The position numbers and the translations under genes are program-made. Below, in pieces: positions 21,059 to 30,459 of a DNA stretch of 64,000 nt. Location of the stretch: the NCBI GenBank assembly GCA_030698565.1, contig JAUYJS010000005.1, positions 90,497-154,496 on the forward strand, in the 5' to 3' direction. Numbering within the stretch: position 1 is the first letter of the stretch; each line of letters begins with the position of its first letter. The notes below the pieces were generated by a model. That model ran no database searches and had not been told where the DNA came from. It was given only the letters and a program-made list of their open reading frames with translations. Origin of the DNA: Candidatus Shapirobacteria bacterium (lineage in GTDB: Bacteria > Patescibacteriota > Microgenomatia > UBA12405).

Positions 21059-23719
21059 TTATCCAAGTTTGGGATAACAACACTTTTTATATTTTTTACC
21101 GGAACCGCAGGGACATGGATCATTGCGGCCGATGATTGATTTGTTTACTGGTGTCGTACTTTTCTTAGATATGCTTGTTTGATTTTCAGATTGATTAGCA
21201 TCATTTATGTCTCCCCTGCCCTCAACTATTGTTTCCGGAATTACATCGGTAGGCATTGAGATTGGTTCCAATCTAAATATTTTTCTGGCTAAATTATATT
21301 CAAATTGACGCATCAATTTTTGGAACATTTCATAACCTTCTTTTCTATATTCGATTAATGGATCTTTTTGAGCGTAACCTCGCAATCTGACACCGCTTCT
21401 TAAATCATCTAAAGCTGTTAAATGTTCCACCCAGAGTGGATCAAGAGTAGTAATAACTGCATAAGTTAAAATACTATTGGCAATATCTTTGCCAAAATAA
21501 GAAAGCCGTTGTTCCCATTGGTCTTTTATTGTTTTAGTCAAAAACTCATTAGGGTTTGGTTCATTTTGAAGTTGTTTTTTAATTTTTTGACGTTGATCGT
21601 CGTCCATGGGAAATATTTCAGAAAATTCCAAGGCTACTTTTTCAAAATTGATTGTGCCATCGGTATCTTCGAGACCGCTTTTCATTATGAAGTTAATTTC
21701 GGAAGAAAGATATTTACTAACTTCTTTCCAATTATTGTCGACCGAAAACTGACCATTATATAAAGACAAATCCCTTAGGGAATAAATTATTTTTCTTTGT
21801 TTATTGATAACATCGTCGTATTCGACCAAATTTTTACGGGCATCAAAATTAAAACCTTCGACTTTGACTTGAATTTGTTCGATGATTTTGGAAACTAGCG
21901 GATGAGTTAATGGAGCATCATCGGGCATATTGAACCGAGTCATCAGACCACTAATCTTTTCGCCACCAAAAATTCTCATTAAATCATCGTCAAGAGCGAC
22001 ATAGAATTGGGAAACACCCGGATCGCCTTGGCGGCCAGCACGACCTCTTAGTTGATTATCAATTCTTCGAGATTCATGTCTTTCGGTACCAATTACATAT
22101 AAACCACCTAAAGAAATTATTTTATCGTGATCTTTTTGCCACTCCTTTAGATCTACTCCATCTTTTGGTCCGCCTAAAATAATGTCAACGCCTCTACCGG
22201 CCATATTTGTGGCCACTGTTATGGCGCCAAATTTACCTGCTTTGGAAATTATTTTGGCTTCTGCTTGGTGATTTTTAGCGTTTAAAACTTGATAAGGCAG
22301 ACCTTTTTTTGCTAACAAAGAAGATATTGTTTCGTTTTTTTGAATAGAAGTAGTACCAATCAGTACTGGTTGGCCTAATTTGTGTAATTGTTCAATTTGA
22401 CTAACTATTGCCGTGTATTTGGCTCTTTGACTTTTGAAAATTAAGTCTTGAAAATCATTTCTCTGAATTAATCGTTGAGTAGGAATAGTAATTACATCAA
22501 GATTGTATATTTTTTTAAATTCTTCGGCTTCGGTCGCGGCAGTACCGGTCATGCCCGCTAATTTTTTATAAAGACGGAAATAATTTTGAAAAGTAATTGT
22601 GGCCCAAGTTTGAGATTCTCTTTGAACGGTAACATTTTCTTTGGCTTCAACTGCTTGATGAAGACCATCGGACCAGCGACGACCGTTCATAAGACGACCA
22701 GTGAATTCATCGACAATAATTATTTCATTGTCTTTGACAACATAATCTCTGTCTTTATGAAATAAAGCCGTAGCTTTGATAGCATTTTCAACATAATGGA
22801 TTGTCTCAAAAGATTCTTCGTATAGGTTTTTAACTCCTAAAATTCTTTCGATTTTCCTGATGCCATATTCAGAAAGAGTAGCTGATTTAGTTTTTTCATC
22901 AATTATATAATCAGTGGGCTGAAGTTGAGCCGCAATTTGGGCAAATTTATAATATTTATCGACTGGCTGATTGTTGGGTGAGGAAATAATTAATGGTGTT
23001 CTGGCTTCATCAATTAATACAAAATCGACCTCATCGACAACAGCAAAATTGTGGGGTCGCTGAACCATTTGATTAAAATCGGGCACCATGTGGTCGCGTA
23101 AATAATCAAAACCAAATTCATTGTTCGTACCATAAGTAATGTCAGTTTGATAAGCCTCTTTGCGAGAAACCGGCCTTAGGTGGGCCAAACGATCATCGAT
23201 TGTTTCGTTTGGATCAGTGAAATTGGGATCATAGATAAAAGATCCTTCGTGGATGATACAAGAAGTGCTAATTCCTAATTTCTGGAGTGCCTTTGGATAC
23301 CAACCAGCACCGACTCGGGTTAAATAATCATTTGGGGTAACAATGTGAACTCCCTGCCCAGAAAGCGAATTAAGATAAGCCGCAAAAACAACAGAATGAG
23401 TTTTACCTTCTCCGGTTCTTTGCTCGGAAATTGCTCCTTGGTGAAGTGAAATGGCCGACATCAATTGAACATCGTAAGCTCGTTCACCAATAGTTCTTTT
23501 AATGGTTTCACGGACAACAGCATAAGCTTCTGGAAGAATATCATCTAGGGTTTTGCCGTTATTTAATTGTTTTTTAAATTGGGTAGTTTTTTCGGAAAGT
23601 TTTTCATCACTTAAAGAAGAAAAATTTTTCTCTAAGCTATTTATTTTGTCGATAATCGCCTTATATGAGCTAATTCTTTTTCGATTTTCATCAAATAAAT
23701 TTTTTACGAAATTTAGCAT
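21059..23719 (-). CDS. secA: Preprotein translocase SecA
   Basis: TGEGKT, DEVD, TNMAGRG and C-terminal [17 protein letters not shown]. Confidence 0.98.
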   Translation of the reverse strand: MLNFVKNLFDENRKRISSYKAIIDKINSLEKNFSSLSDEKLSEKTTQFKKQLNNGKTLDDILPEAYAVVRETIKRTIGERAYDVQLMSAISLHQGAISEQRTGEGKTHSVVFAAYLNSLSGQGVHIVTPNDYLTRVGAGWYPKALQKLGISTSCIIHEGSFIYDPNFTDPNETIDDRLAHLRPVSRKEAYQTDITYGTNNEFGFDYLRDHMVPDFNQMVQRPHNFAVVDEVDFVLIDEARTPLIISSPNNQPVDKYYKFAQIAAQLQPTDYIIDEKTKSATLSEYGIRKIERILGVKNLYEESFETIHYVENAIKATALFHKDRDYVVKDNEIIIVDEFTGRLMNGRRWSDGLHQAVEAKENVTVQRESQTWATITFQNYFRLYKKLAGMTGTAATEAEEFKKIYNLDVITIPTQRLIQRNDFQDLIFKSQRAKYTAIVSQIEQLHKLGQPVLIGTTSIQKNETISSLLAKKGLPYQVLNAKNHQAEAKIISKAGKFGAITVATNMAGRGVDIILGGPKDGVDLKEWQKDHDKIISLGGLYVIGTERHESRRIDNQLRGRAGRQGDPGVSQFYVALDDDLMRIFGGEKISGLMTRFNMPDDAPLTHPLVSKIIEQIQVKVEGFNFDARKNLVEYDDVINKQRKIIYSLRDLSLYNGQFSVDNNWKEVSKYLSSEINFIMKSGLEDTDGTINFEKVALEFSEIFPMDDDQRQKIKKQLQNEPNPNEFLTKTIKDQWEQRLSYFGKDIANSILTYAVITTLDPLWVEHLTALDDLRSGVRLRGYAQKDPLIEYRKEGYEMFQKLMRQFEYNLARKIFRLEPISMPTDVIPETIVEGRGDINDANQSENQTSISKKSTTPVNKSIIGRNDPCPCGSGKKYKKCCYPKLG

Positions 23720-23744
23720 ATTGATAATTATACCCTATTAAAAT

Positions 23745-23794
23745 AGCCAGTCCCGACGGGCTCATTTGATTGAACCGAGTCGGGACGGGTGGCT
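23745..23794. repeat. GC-rich palindrome (terminator or REP-like element)
   Basis: agcca-gtcccgac...gtcgggac-tggct inverted repeat between serS and secA. Confidence 0.65.
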
Positions 23795-23805
23795 CCTCTA
23801 ACAAA

Positions 23806-25068
23806 TTAAGTGGTTTCGATAATATCGAAACTGGTAAATGGTTGTAAGACTTTGGGAATACAAATACTGCCGTCTTTTTGTTGGTGATTTTCAATAATGG
23901 CGATTACTGCCCTGTCGGTAATTACTGTGGCATTGAGGATATGAACATATTCATTTTTACCTTCGATTTTGGTTTTTATGTTTAGTCTTCTAGCTTGATA
24001 ATCACCGCAGTTACTGCACGATTGAGTTTCTCTAAATGTATCTTGTCCGGGAAACCAAGAATTGATGTCGTACATGCGTCGGTTGGGTTGGGGTAAGTCT
24101 CCGGTGCATGCTTTGACGACTTGATAGGGAATTTCCAAAGATTGCATTATTTCTTCTTCAATAGAAAGTAATTCCAAACACATGGCGTCAGAAATTTTAT
24201 AATCAGGAGTAGAAAAAACATTCATTTCAACTTTATTGAAAGAATGAACTCTAAAAACTCCTCGAGTATCTTTACCATAAGTGCCGGCTTCTCGCCTAAA
24301 ACAAGTAGAATAATTTACATATTTAATTGGTAAATTTTTGGAGTCTAAAATTTCGTCCATATGGTATGGCACAACAGAATGCTCGGAACTACTGATAAAA
24401 ATTAAATCATCTTCGGGGAAAGAATAATAAGCATTGTCTAGATTTTTGTTGCTAGTATAGCCCATTTTTTCTTCTGATTCTATTTTGACCATGGCGGGTG
24501 GAATCATGCCAACAAAACCTTTTTGGATAAGTTTTTGGAAGGCAAAATTCATGACAGCCATTTCTAAAACTGCGCCTTTGCCCTTGAAATAACCAAATCG
24601 AGAACCGGAAACTTTGGCGGCTCTTTTGACATCAATAATGTCGAGTTTTTCCCCTAAATCAATATGGTCGAGTGGTTTGAAATCAAATTTTGTTGGTTGA
24701 CTAAACTCGTGAAATAAAACATTTTCTGAATCGTCTTTACCAACAGGAACATCGGAGGCAACCATGTTGGGAAGTTCTTTTAGAATATTATTTTGTTTTT
24801 CTTCAAGTTCTTTTAATTCAGTTTCTTGGACTTTTAATTTTCCTTTTAAATCGGTTGCTTCTTTTAATTGATCATCGGTGGGCTTGCCTTTGAAATTTTT
24901 GGCTAATAAATTTTGTTGAGATCTAAGTTCTTCGACTTGAGTCAAAACCGATCTCCTTAATTTATCGATTTCTAAAATTTGATCTACTAATTTAGGACTC
25001 CGTTGACGGTTTATTAAGTTCTGCTTAACTAATTCGGGTTGTTGTCTAATTAAATTTATGTCGATCAT
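23806..25068 (-). CDS. serS: Serine--tRNA ligase
   Basis: N-terminal coiled coil; CFRREAG, RVHSFNKVE and SCSNCGDYQARR motifs. Confidence 0.97.
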   Translation of the reverse strand: MIDINLIRQQPELVKQNLINRQRSPKLVDQILEIDKLRRSVLTQVEELRSQQNLLAKNFKGKPTDDQLKEATDLKGKLKVQETELKELEEKQNNILKELPNMVASDVPVGKDDSENVLFHEFSQPTKFDFKPLDHIDLGEKLDIIDVKRAAKVSGSRFGYFKGKGAVLEMAVMNFAFQKLIQKGFVGMIPPAMVKIESEEKMGYTSNKNLDNAYYSFPEDDLIFISSSEHSVVPYHMDEILDSKNLPIKYVNYSTCFRREAGTYGKDTRGVFRVHSFNKVEMNVFSTPDYKISDAMCLELLSIEEEIMQSLEIPYQVVKACTGDLPQPNRRMYDINSWFPGQDTFRETQSCSNCGDYQARRLNIKTKIEGKNEYVHILNATVITDRAVIAIIENHQQKDGSICIPKVLQPFTSFDIIETT

Positions 25069-25152
25069 GAAACTAAGATAGTTTATCAGAATTTATGCAA
25101 AAAATTACCGTAAAATAAACGTAACTCGAAGTGTTTTATCGGTATCTTTTGT

Positions 25153-25713
25153 TTAGATATTTTTGTACATCAAAATACTATCGACAAATTTGTTTCTATG
25201 TTTTATGCCTTTTGGTAAGATGCCGTATTCCTTAAAACCGTTTTTTAAATATAATTTTTGAGCAATCGGATTGTTACTAAATACACTCAAAACTACTATT
25301 TTTAAGTTTATTAATTTTGCTTTGGCTTCTTTAAGTACGGTTTTTAGTAAAATGTTGCCAATACCCTCTCCACGACAACTTTTTGAAACTATAATTCCAA
25401 AACTTCCCACATGACTGGAAACATTGCCATCCATGTCGATACTACTGCTACCAACAATTTTATTGTCAATTAAAGCAAGTAAAAAAATAGACTTGTTGTT
25501 TAATATACCCTCGACTTTTGAATCAACATATTTTTGTTCTTCTTCTAAAGTCAACTGTTCTCCCTGAAAAATAACATATGTTTTTTCTTGAGAAATTAGA
25601 TTAATAAAATTTAGCTGATTTTCAGCATCTTTTTTATTTATATATCTGATGACTAAATCGTTTCCCTTTTTGGTTTTGCCTTGGTATAGAATTTGTTCTG
25701 ATATTTGTTTCAT
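25153..25713 (-). CDS. GNAT family N-acetyltransferase
   Basis: RGEGIG and N..AQKLY.K.GF motifs. Confidence 0.88.
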   Translation of the reverse strand: MKQISEQILYQGKTKKGNDLVIRYINKKDAENQLNFINLISQEKTYVIFQGEQLTLEEEQKYVDSKVEGILNNKSIFLLALIDNKIVGSSSIDMDGNVSSHVGSFGIIVSKSCRGEGIGNILLKTVLKEAKAKLINLKIVVLSVFSNNPIAQKLYLKNGFKEYGILPKGIKHRNKFVDSILMYKNI

Positions 25714-25721
25714 ATAATTAT

Positions 25722-25991
25722 TTATAGTCCTAAATAGTGTTGGAGTTTAAGACTTTGCATTAATAAATATTCGGCTTTAACATTGGCTGTATCTGTGTTG
25801 TTTTTAAGATATTCGATATCTACAATTTCTGAAATTTTAGGATCAATTTTTGTTAATTTTGGAAAATTATTTAAAATATTTTGAATAAAAACACAATTTT
25901 TTGGATTATTATCCTGGCTTCTGACCAAAAACATAACTGATCTTTTTAAATCAGCGGAAATATTTAATAATTCTAGTTTTGATTTATCCAT
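25722..25991 (-). CDS. Hypothetical helical protein coupled to a DUF5674-like gene
   Basis: 89-aa ORF overlapping the upstream stop. Confidence 0.6.
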   Translation of the reverse strand: MDKSKLELLNISADLKRSVMFLVRSQDNNPKNCVFIQNILNNFPKLTKIDPKISEIVDIEYLKNNTDTANVKAEYLLMQSLKLQHYLGL

Positions 25992-26328
25992 AAATAAATT
26001 CTGGAAAATATTTTTTAACTATACTTGTAAACTTTTCTCTAATTACCGGATCAAGTATTTCAGTGCTCGGATTTGAATCTGGTCTAATATTGGCAACGGC
26101 AGAGCATTCTATAATTTTAGAAACTAAATCGATTCCTCCTCCCCAAATATTTTTTTGCAGTGATCCAGAATCAATTAGTATTTTTTCAATATCAGCATGA
26201 AGTCGCGAGCCGCCATACAAAATTTCTTTATCAATATCTGCGACCAATTTTATATATCCATCGAATTCTTCGGTTAGTTTTTTTAGTTCGTTTGGAGTTG
26301 GTGAATGGTTGATTTTTAAAATAGCCAT
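25984..26328 (-). CDS. DUF5674-like protein
   Basis: YIKLVAD, LHADIE..L...GS....IWGG, NIRP..NPS.EI.D motifs. Confidence 0.75.
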   Translation of the reverse strand: MAILKINHSPTPNELKKLTEEFDGYIKLVADIDKEILYGGSRLHADIEKILIDSGSLQKNIWGGGIDLVSKIIECSAVANIRPDSNPSTEILDPVIREKFTSIVKKYFPEFIYG

Positions 26329-26336
26329 TACGTTGA

Positions 26337-26355
26337 TTATAATCCAATTTCTAGA
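26337..26355 (-). repeat. Displaced copy of the HD gene 3' end (LEIGL*)
   Basis: 17/19 nt identical to 27057-27075; both differences are synonymous. Confidence 0.8.
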
Positions 26356-26497
26356 TTTATTTTATGTTTCGTCTTTTAAGACTCATCAGTATAGACAAAA
26401 ATCTATAAACATAAATTACCAAACTCTGAAGGGACCTACTAGTCAATACTCCGCATTGGAGTTAGCTAATAGATCCCTTATCGAGTTTGATTGTTAA

Positions 26498-26980
26498 CTA
26501 CCGGAAAGGTGAGCGGTAAATTTTTCGCCAAGTGAAGTCGATCTGGAGCACTTCAAACCACAAGGTTATCCCTGCGATTTGATAAACACCTTTTTTGGGT
26601 TTGTTGTCGGCAATGATAATTAACAGGATAGGGTCTCGTGCGCTACCCGCCCACAGTACTTTCTTCCTTGATCCAAACTTCTCTTTCGATACAAGACGAA
26701 GTGTCTGTGTAAAATGTGGCAACCGATGCAGAAAGGTGGACTTGAAAATCCAATAATATTCTCCATTTCCTATGGGCATAACCAGAAGCTCATCACCAGG
26801 TCTAGGTTCTTTAAGTATCTCAAAGGATATGTCGTTAATTCTGTTTAAAGCTACATAGTTCTGTATCTTTATTTCCTGCTCATCATTAGGAAAAACAATA
26901 ATGGTACCACCGAGACCAGATATCCAATTAACAACTCTCGCACTTCTCCAATCCAAATCACGCAACAAAAACACCTCCAT
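26498..26980 (-). CDS. Hypothetical protein (cassette cargo)
   Basis: 160-aa ORF with ATG; no recognised motif. Confidence 0.55.
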   Translation of the reverse strand: MEVFLLRDLDWRSARVVNWISGLGGTIIVFPNDEQEIKIQNYVALNRINDISFEILKEPRPGDELLVMPIGNGEYYWIFKSTFLHRLPHFTQTLRLVSKEKFGSRKKVLWAGSARDPILLIIIADNKPKKGVYQIAGITLWFEVLQIDFTWRKIYRSPFR

Positions 26981-27056
26981 AAAAATAAACTTTACCGTGA
27001 AAGTACAATAAAGTTTATCACACTAATTTCAATAATACAATTATATAGGATATATT

Positions 27057-27668
27057 TTATAGCCCAATTTCTAGAGCGATTTGTTGCATTGAGGTCAGAC
27101 AAATTTCGATGAATTTTTCGAGGGGAATGTTTAGGCCGGTTTCTAGTTCGCACATTTTGACTTCACCGCGACGGGTGCCGGCGGCAAATTTGGGTTCTTT
27201 TAAAAATCTTTTTAGAACTGACGAAGTTTTTACTTCGGCTAATTTCTTACTTGGATAAATCAAGGCGACGGCGGTAATGAGTCCAGTTAAACTATCGGCG
27301 CAAAAAATAGACCATTGGGCTAAATTTTCGGCTTTTACTCCAGTTAATTCTGGTGCATGAGCCTTGATAATAGAATCAACAGTGTCGTCAATTTCTAATC
27401 CATATTTTGCCAATACTTCTTTAGTTTTATTGGGATGATCATTTTTTGTATCGCCTGAATAATCGATATCATGGATTAATCCGGATAATAACCAGTCTTC
27501 TTTTGATGTTTCATTGTTGTCTAGTCGATTATTTTCTTTTAAATAATCATATAAACCACCCATACAGGCTTCCACCGACAAGGAGTGATAAAAAATATTT
27601 TTTTCGAGATTTGATTTAACTGCGTTTTGATAAGTTGTGCGATCGTAGGTCATAAAACTATTCTTCAT
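27057..27668 (-). CDS. HD-domain phosphohydrolase
   Basis: HSLSVE, GLIHDIDY, AH and DSLTGLI motifs. Confidence 0.85.
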   Translation of the reverse strand: MKNSFMTYDRTTYQNAVKSNLEKNIFYHSLSVEACMGGLYDYLKENNRLDNNETSKEDWLLSGLIHDIDYSGDTKNDHPNKTKEVLAKYGLEIDDTVDSIIKAHAPELTGVKAENLAQWSIFCADSLTGLITAVALIYPSKKLAEVKTSSVLKRFLKEPKFAAGTRRGEVKMCELETGLNIPLEKFIEICLTSMQQIALEIGL

Positions 27669-29118
27669 TCCTCATGGCAGGAAAAAAAATAACATCTTTG
27701 ATGGTTGCTTGGTCAGTTAGAAGTTGAGTAAATCGATCAATACCCATGCCCCAACCAGCTGTGGGCGGCATACCATACTCCAAAGCTCTAATATAATCCT
27801 TGTCTAGTTGCATGGCTGTTTCGTCGCCTTTTTTGGCTAAAGCTTCTTCTTCTATCCAACGGTCGTATTGGTCTTTTGGATCATTTAGTTCGTTATACGC
27901 CTTCATGAATTCCGCGCCACACACAAGAAGTTGAAACGAAGCAATCTTTTCAGGGTTATTTTCTTTTCTTTTGGCTAAGGCGATCATACAGGCCGGATAA
28001 TCAGTCACAAAGGTTGGTTGAACAATAAATGGACGAACAAATTCCTTGTAAAGTGCATCAAAATAAGCACCTAAACCATAGGTTTTTTTGAGATCTAATT
28101 TTAAATTATTTTGTTTTAGAACCGACTTGAAACCTTCTTCTGTTCTAATAGTATCGATATCAATTCCGATTTTCTCAAAAATAATATCTCTAAAGGTTAC
28201 CCGTTTAAATGGTAGATCAAAATTAAGTTCCGTGCCTTGATAAGAAAGCTTAAGGCCACCTTTGATTAATTTAATAATATGAGTAACTAGTTTTTCGGTA
28301 AATTTCATTAAAACATCGTAATCTACATAAGCCCAATAAAATTCAATTTGAGTAAATTCAGGATTGTGAAATTTGGAAACACCTTCGTTTCGAAAATCTT
28401 TGCTGACTTCGTATACTTTCTCTAATCCACCGACAATCAATCTTTTAAGATAAAGCTCATTGGAAATCCTAAGATACATATCCATGTCTAAAGTATTGTG
28501 ATAAGTTTTAAAAGGCTTAGCTGAAGCACCGCCATACAAAGGCTGTAATATTGGTGTCTCAACTTCCAAAAAACCATGATCGTCTAAAAATCGACGCATT
28601 TCGCGCAGTATCTTGGTTCTAGTTTCAAAAACTTGACGAACTTCTGGATTAACAATCAAATCAACATACCTTTGACGATATCTTTCTTCAATATCGGTCA
28701 GTCCATGAAATTTTTCAGGAAGTGCTCTAATATTTTTAGCTAGAATCTGAAAGGATTCAACATTTATGGTTATTTCGCCGGCTTGAGTTTTAAATACTTT
28801 TCCTTGAATAGAGATAATGTCGCCCAGATCTAATAATTTGGTAAATTCCATATTTTTTCCAAGAATACTTCCCTGAAAAAAAAGTTGTATTTTTCCTGTT
28901 CTGTCGTGTAAATCAGCAAATAAAATTTTGCCATGACCGCGGAGAGACATAATTCTGCCAGCAACTAAAACCGATTTGTCAATCATCTCCAAAACTTGGG
29001 CACAGGTTTGTTTGTCTTCTAGATTTGGTTGAGGATAGGGATTCAAACCAAGATTTTTAATCTTATCGAGTTTTTCTAACCTCTGTTTAGTGAGATCGTT
29101 TATTTTTGTATCCAACAT
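27658..29118 (-). CDS. lysS: Lysine--tRNA ligase (class II)
   Basis: RYRQRYVDL, FRNEG, HNPEFT and YGMPPTAGWGMGIDR motifs. Confidence 0.98.
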   Translation of the reverse strand: MLDTKINDLTKQRLEKLDKIKNLGLNPYPQPNLEDKQTCAQVLEMIDKSVLVAGRIMSLRGHGKILFADLHDRTGKIQLFFQGSILGKNMEFTKLLDLGDIISIQGKVFKTQAGEITINVESFQILAKNIRALPEKFHGLTDIEERYRQRYVDLIVNPEVRQVFETRTKILREMRRFLDDHGFLEVETPILQPLYGGASAKPFKTYHNTLDMDMYLRISNELYLKRLIVGGLEKVYEVSKDFRNEGVSKFHNPEFTQIEFYWAYVDYDVLMKFTEKLVTHIIKLIKGGLKLSYQGTELNFDLPFKRVTFRDIIFEKIGIDIDTIRTEEGFKSVLKQNNLKLDLKKTYGLGAYFDALYKEFVRPFIVQPTFVTDYPACMIALAKRKENNPEKIASFQLLVCGAEFMKAYNELNDPKDQYDRWIEEEALAKKGDETAMQLDKDYIRALEYGMPPTAGWGMGIDRFTQLLTDQATIKDVIFFPAMRNEE

Positions 29119-29136
29119 AGAAGGATTTTACAATCT

Positions 29137-29604
29137 TTAGCAGAATATTGAAACTATTTTGTAGGTAATTTTGCCAACAGGTGCCTGAACTTCAATTTCA
29201 TCATTAACTTTCTTACCCATTAAGGCTTTACCAAGAGGAGATTGATCAGAAATTTTATTTTGAGTAGGATCGGTCTCTAATTGATTGACTATATTGAAAA
29301 CTTTCTCGGATTTACCTGATATTTTTACTTTAACTTTACAACCGACTTGAACAGTGTCTAATGTTTTATTATCGTTAGTAATTATTTGCGAAACCTCAAT
29401 AACTTCTTCAATATTGTCTATTTTTTCATTAACTAATTCCAATTCTTCTTTGAGTTGAGTAGCTAAACCGTCCTCTCCAGACTCGTCGGGTTGGGCCACA
29501 TCTTCTATTTTAGTGACTAAATGATCTTGTTTTAATTTTAGTTCATGGAGTTCATCTACTAGCTTGCGATAACCTTCTTTAGTTAGTAAAGTTTTATTAT
29601 TCAT
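29137..29604 (-). CDS. greA: Transcription elongation factor GreA
   Basis: LTKEGY..L..EL, IS.QSPLGKALMGK; acidic tip is divergent. Confidence 0.85.
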   Translation of the reverse strand: MNNKTLLTKEGYRKLVDELHELKLKQDHLVTKIEDVAQPDESGEDGLATQLKEELELVNEKIDNIEEVIEVSQIITNDNKTLDTVQVGCKVKVKISGKSEKVFNIVNQLETDPTQNKISDQSPLGKALMGKKVNDEIEVQAPVGKITYKIVSIFC

Positions 29605-29731
29605 ATATATAAATCTAAAGAGGAGGATGCTTTTACATTTGTTAAAATAGAAATAGTAAAAGTAAGTCTCTTAAAATATCGTGTTTAATAATAAGATATA
29701 AAGGTTTTTTTGTCAATTAATTCACCAAGGT

Positions 29732-30433
29732 ATGATTGAGTTTTTTAAAATTACACCCAAAAAGAGAAAAGTAAAAATTAAATCTGGTTCAGGTATTATT
29801 TATAGTAATCCTTCTGGTTTTAAAAGATTTTTATTTTATTTTGGAAATTGTTTATTTGTTTTATCTTTTATTTACTTTGTGTATTTATACTGGCCTTTGA
29901 GTGTTTCTTTGGTCAAATATAAGTTAGCCTTAAATTCTTTTAATCCTCAAAAAGCAGAAACGGTGATTTATTCGGCACCAATTATTGATTCAAAAGTTTT
30001 TAATATTCAAATTCCAAAAATTTTGGCAACAGCCGATGTTGTGCCTAACGTATCCCCTTTTGATCAGAATGAATACATGAATGTTTTAAAAAATAATGTT
30101 GTAGCCCATGCCAAGTCAACCGCTTTTCCGGGAGATGGAAAAGGGAAATCAATCTATATTTTTGCCCACTCATCGGGTCAAGGTGTTGGAGGAGCCAGAA
30201 ATAATCCGGTGTTTTATCTTCTGGGGCAACTCAAAAATGATGACGAAGTATTTGTTAACTTCAAAGGTCAAGTGTTTACTTATCGAGTGTATGAACAGAA
30301 GATAGCCAAGCCAAGCGATATTGAATATCTGGCTTATAAAGATAATGAAAAAGAAGTTTTAATTTTACAAACATGCTGGCCGATTGGGACAGATTGGAAC
30401 AGGCTTTTAGTATTTACCCAAAGGGTTAAATAA
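29732..30433 (+). CDS. Sortase
   Basis: N-terminal TM; FAHS, LQTCWP and catalytic R in NRLLV. Confidence 0.88.
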   Translation: MIEFFKITPKKRKVKIKSGSGIIYSNPSGFKRFLFYFGNCLFVLSFIYFVYLYWPLSVSLVKYKLALNSFNPQKAETVIYSAPIIDSKVFNIQIPKILATADVVPNVSPFDQNEYMNVLKNNVVAHAKSTAFPGDGKGKSIYIFAHSSGQGVGGARNNPVFYLLGQLKNDDEVFVNFKGQVFTYRVYEQKIAKPSDIEYLAYKDNEKEVLILQTCWPIGTDWNRLLVFTQRVK

Positions 30434-30459
30434 GCAATTGATATTGTTATAATACATTT

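Noticed and set aside
25106-25144. Bulged inverted repeat between GNAT and serS
   Set aside because: Adequately explained as a terminator-like hairpin; no gene-end remnant found here
26416-26500. Integron attC site
   Set aside because: TAAC follows the stop codon, but there is no matching GTTRRRY end, no intI and no repeated array
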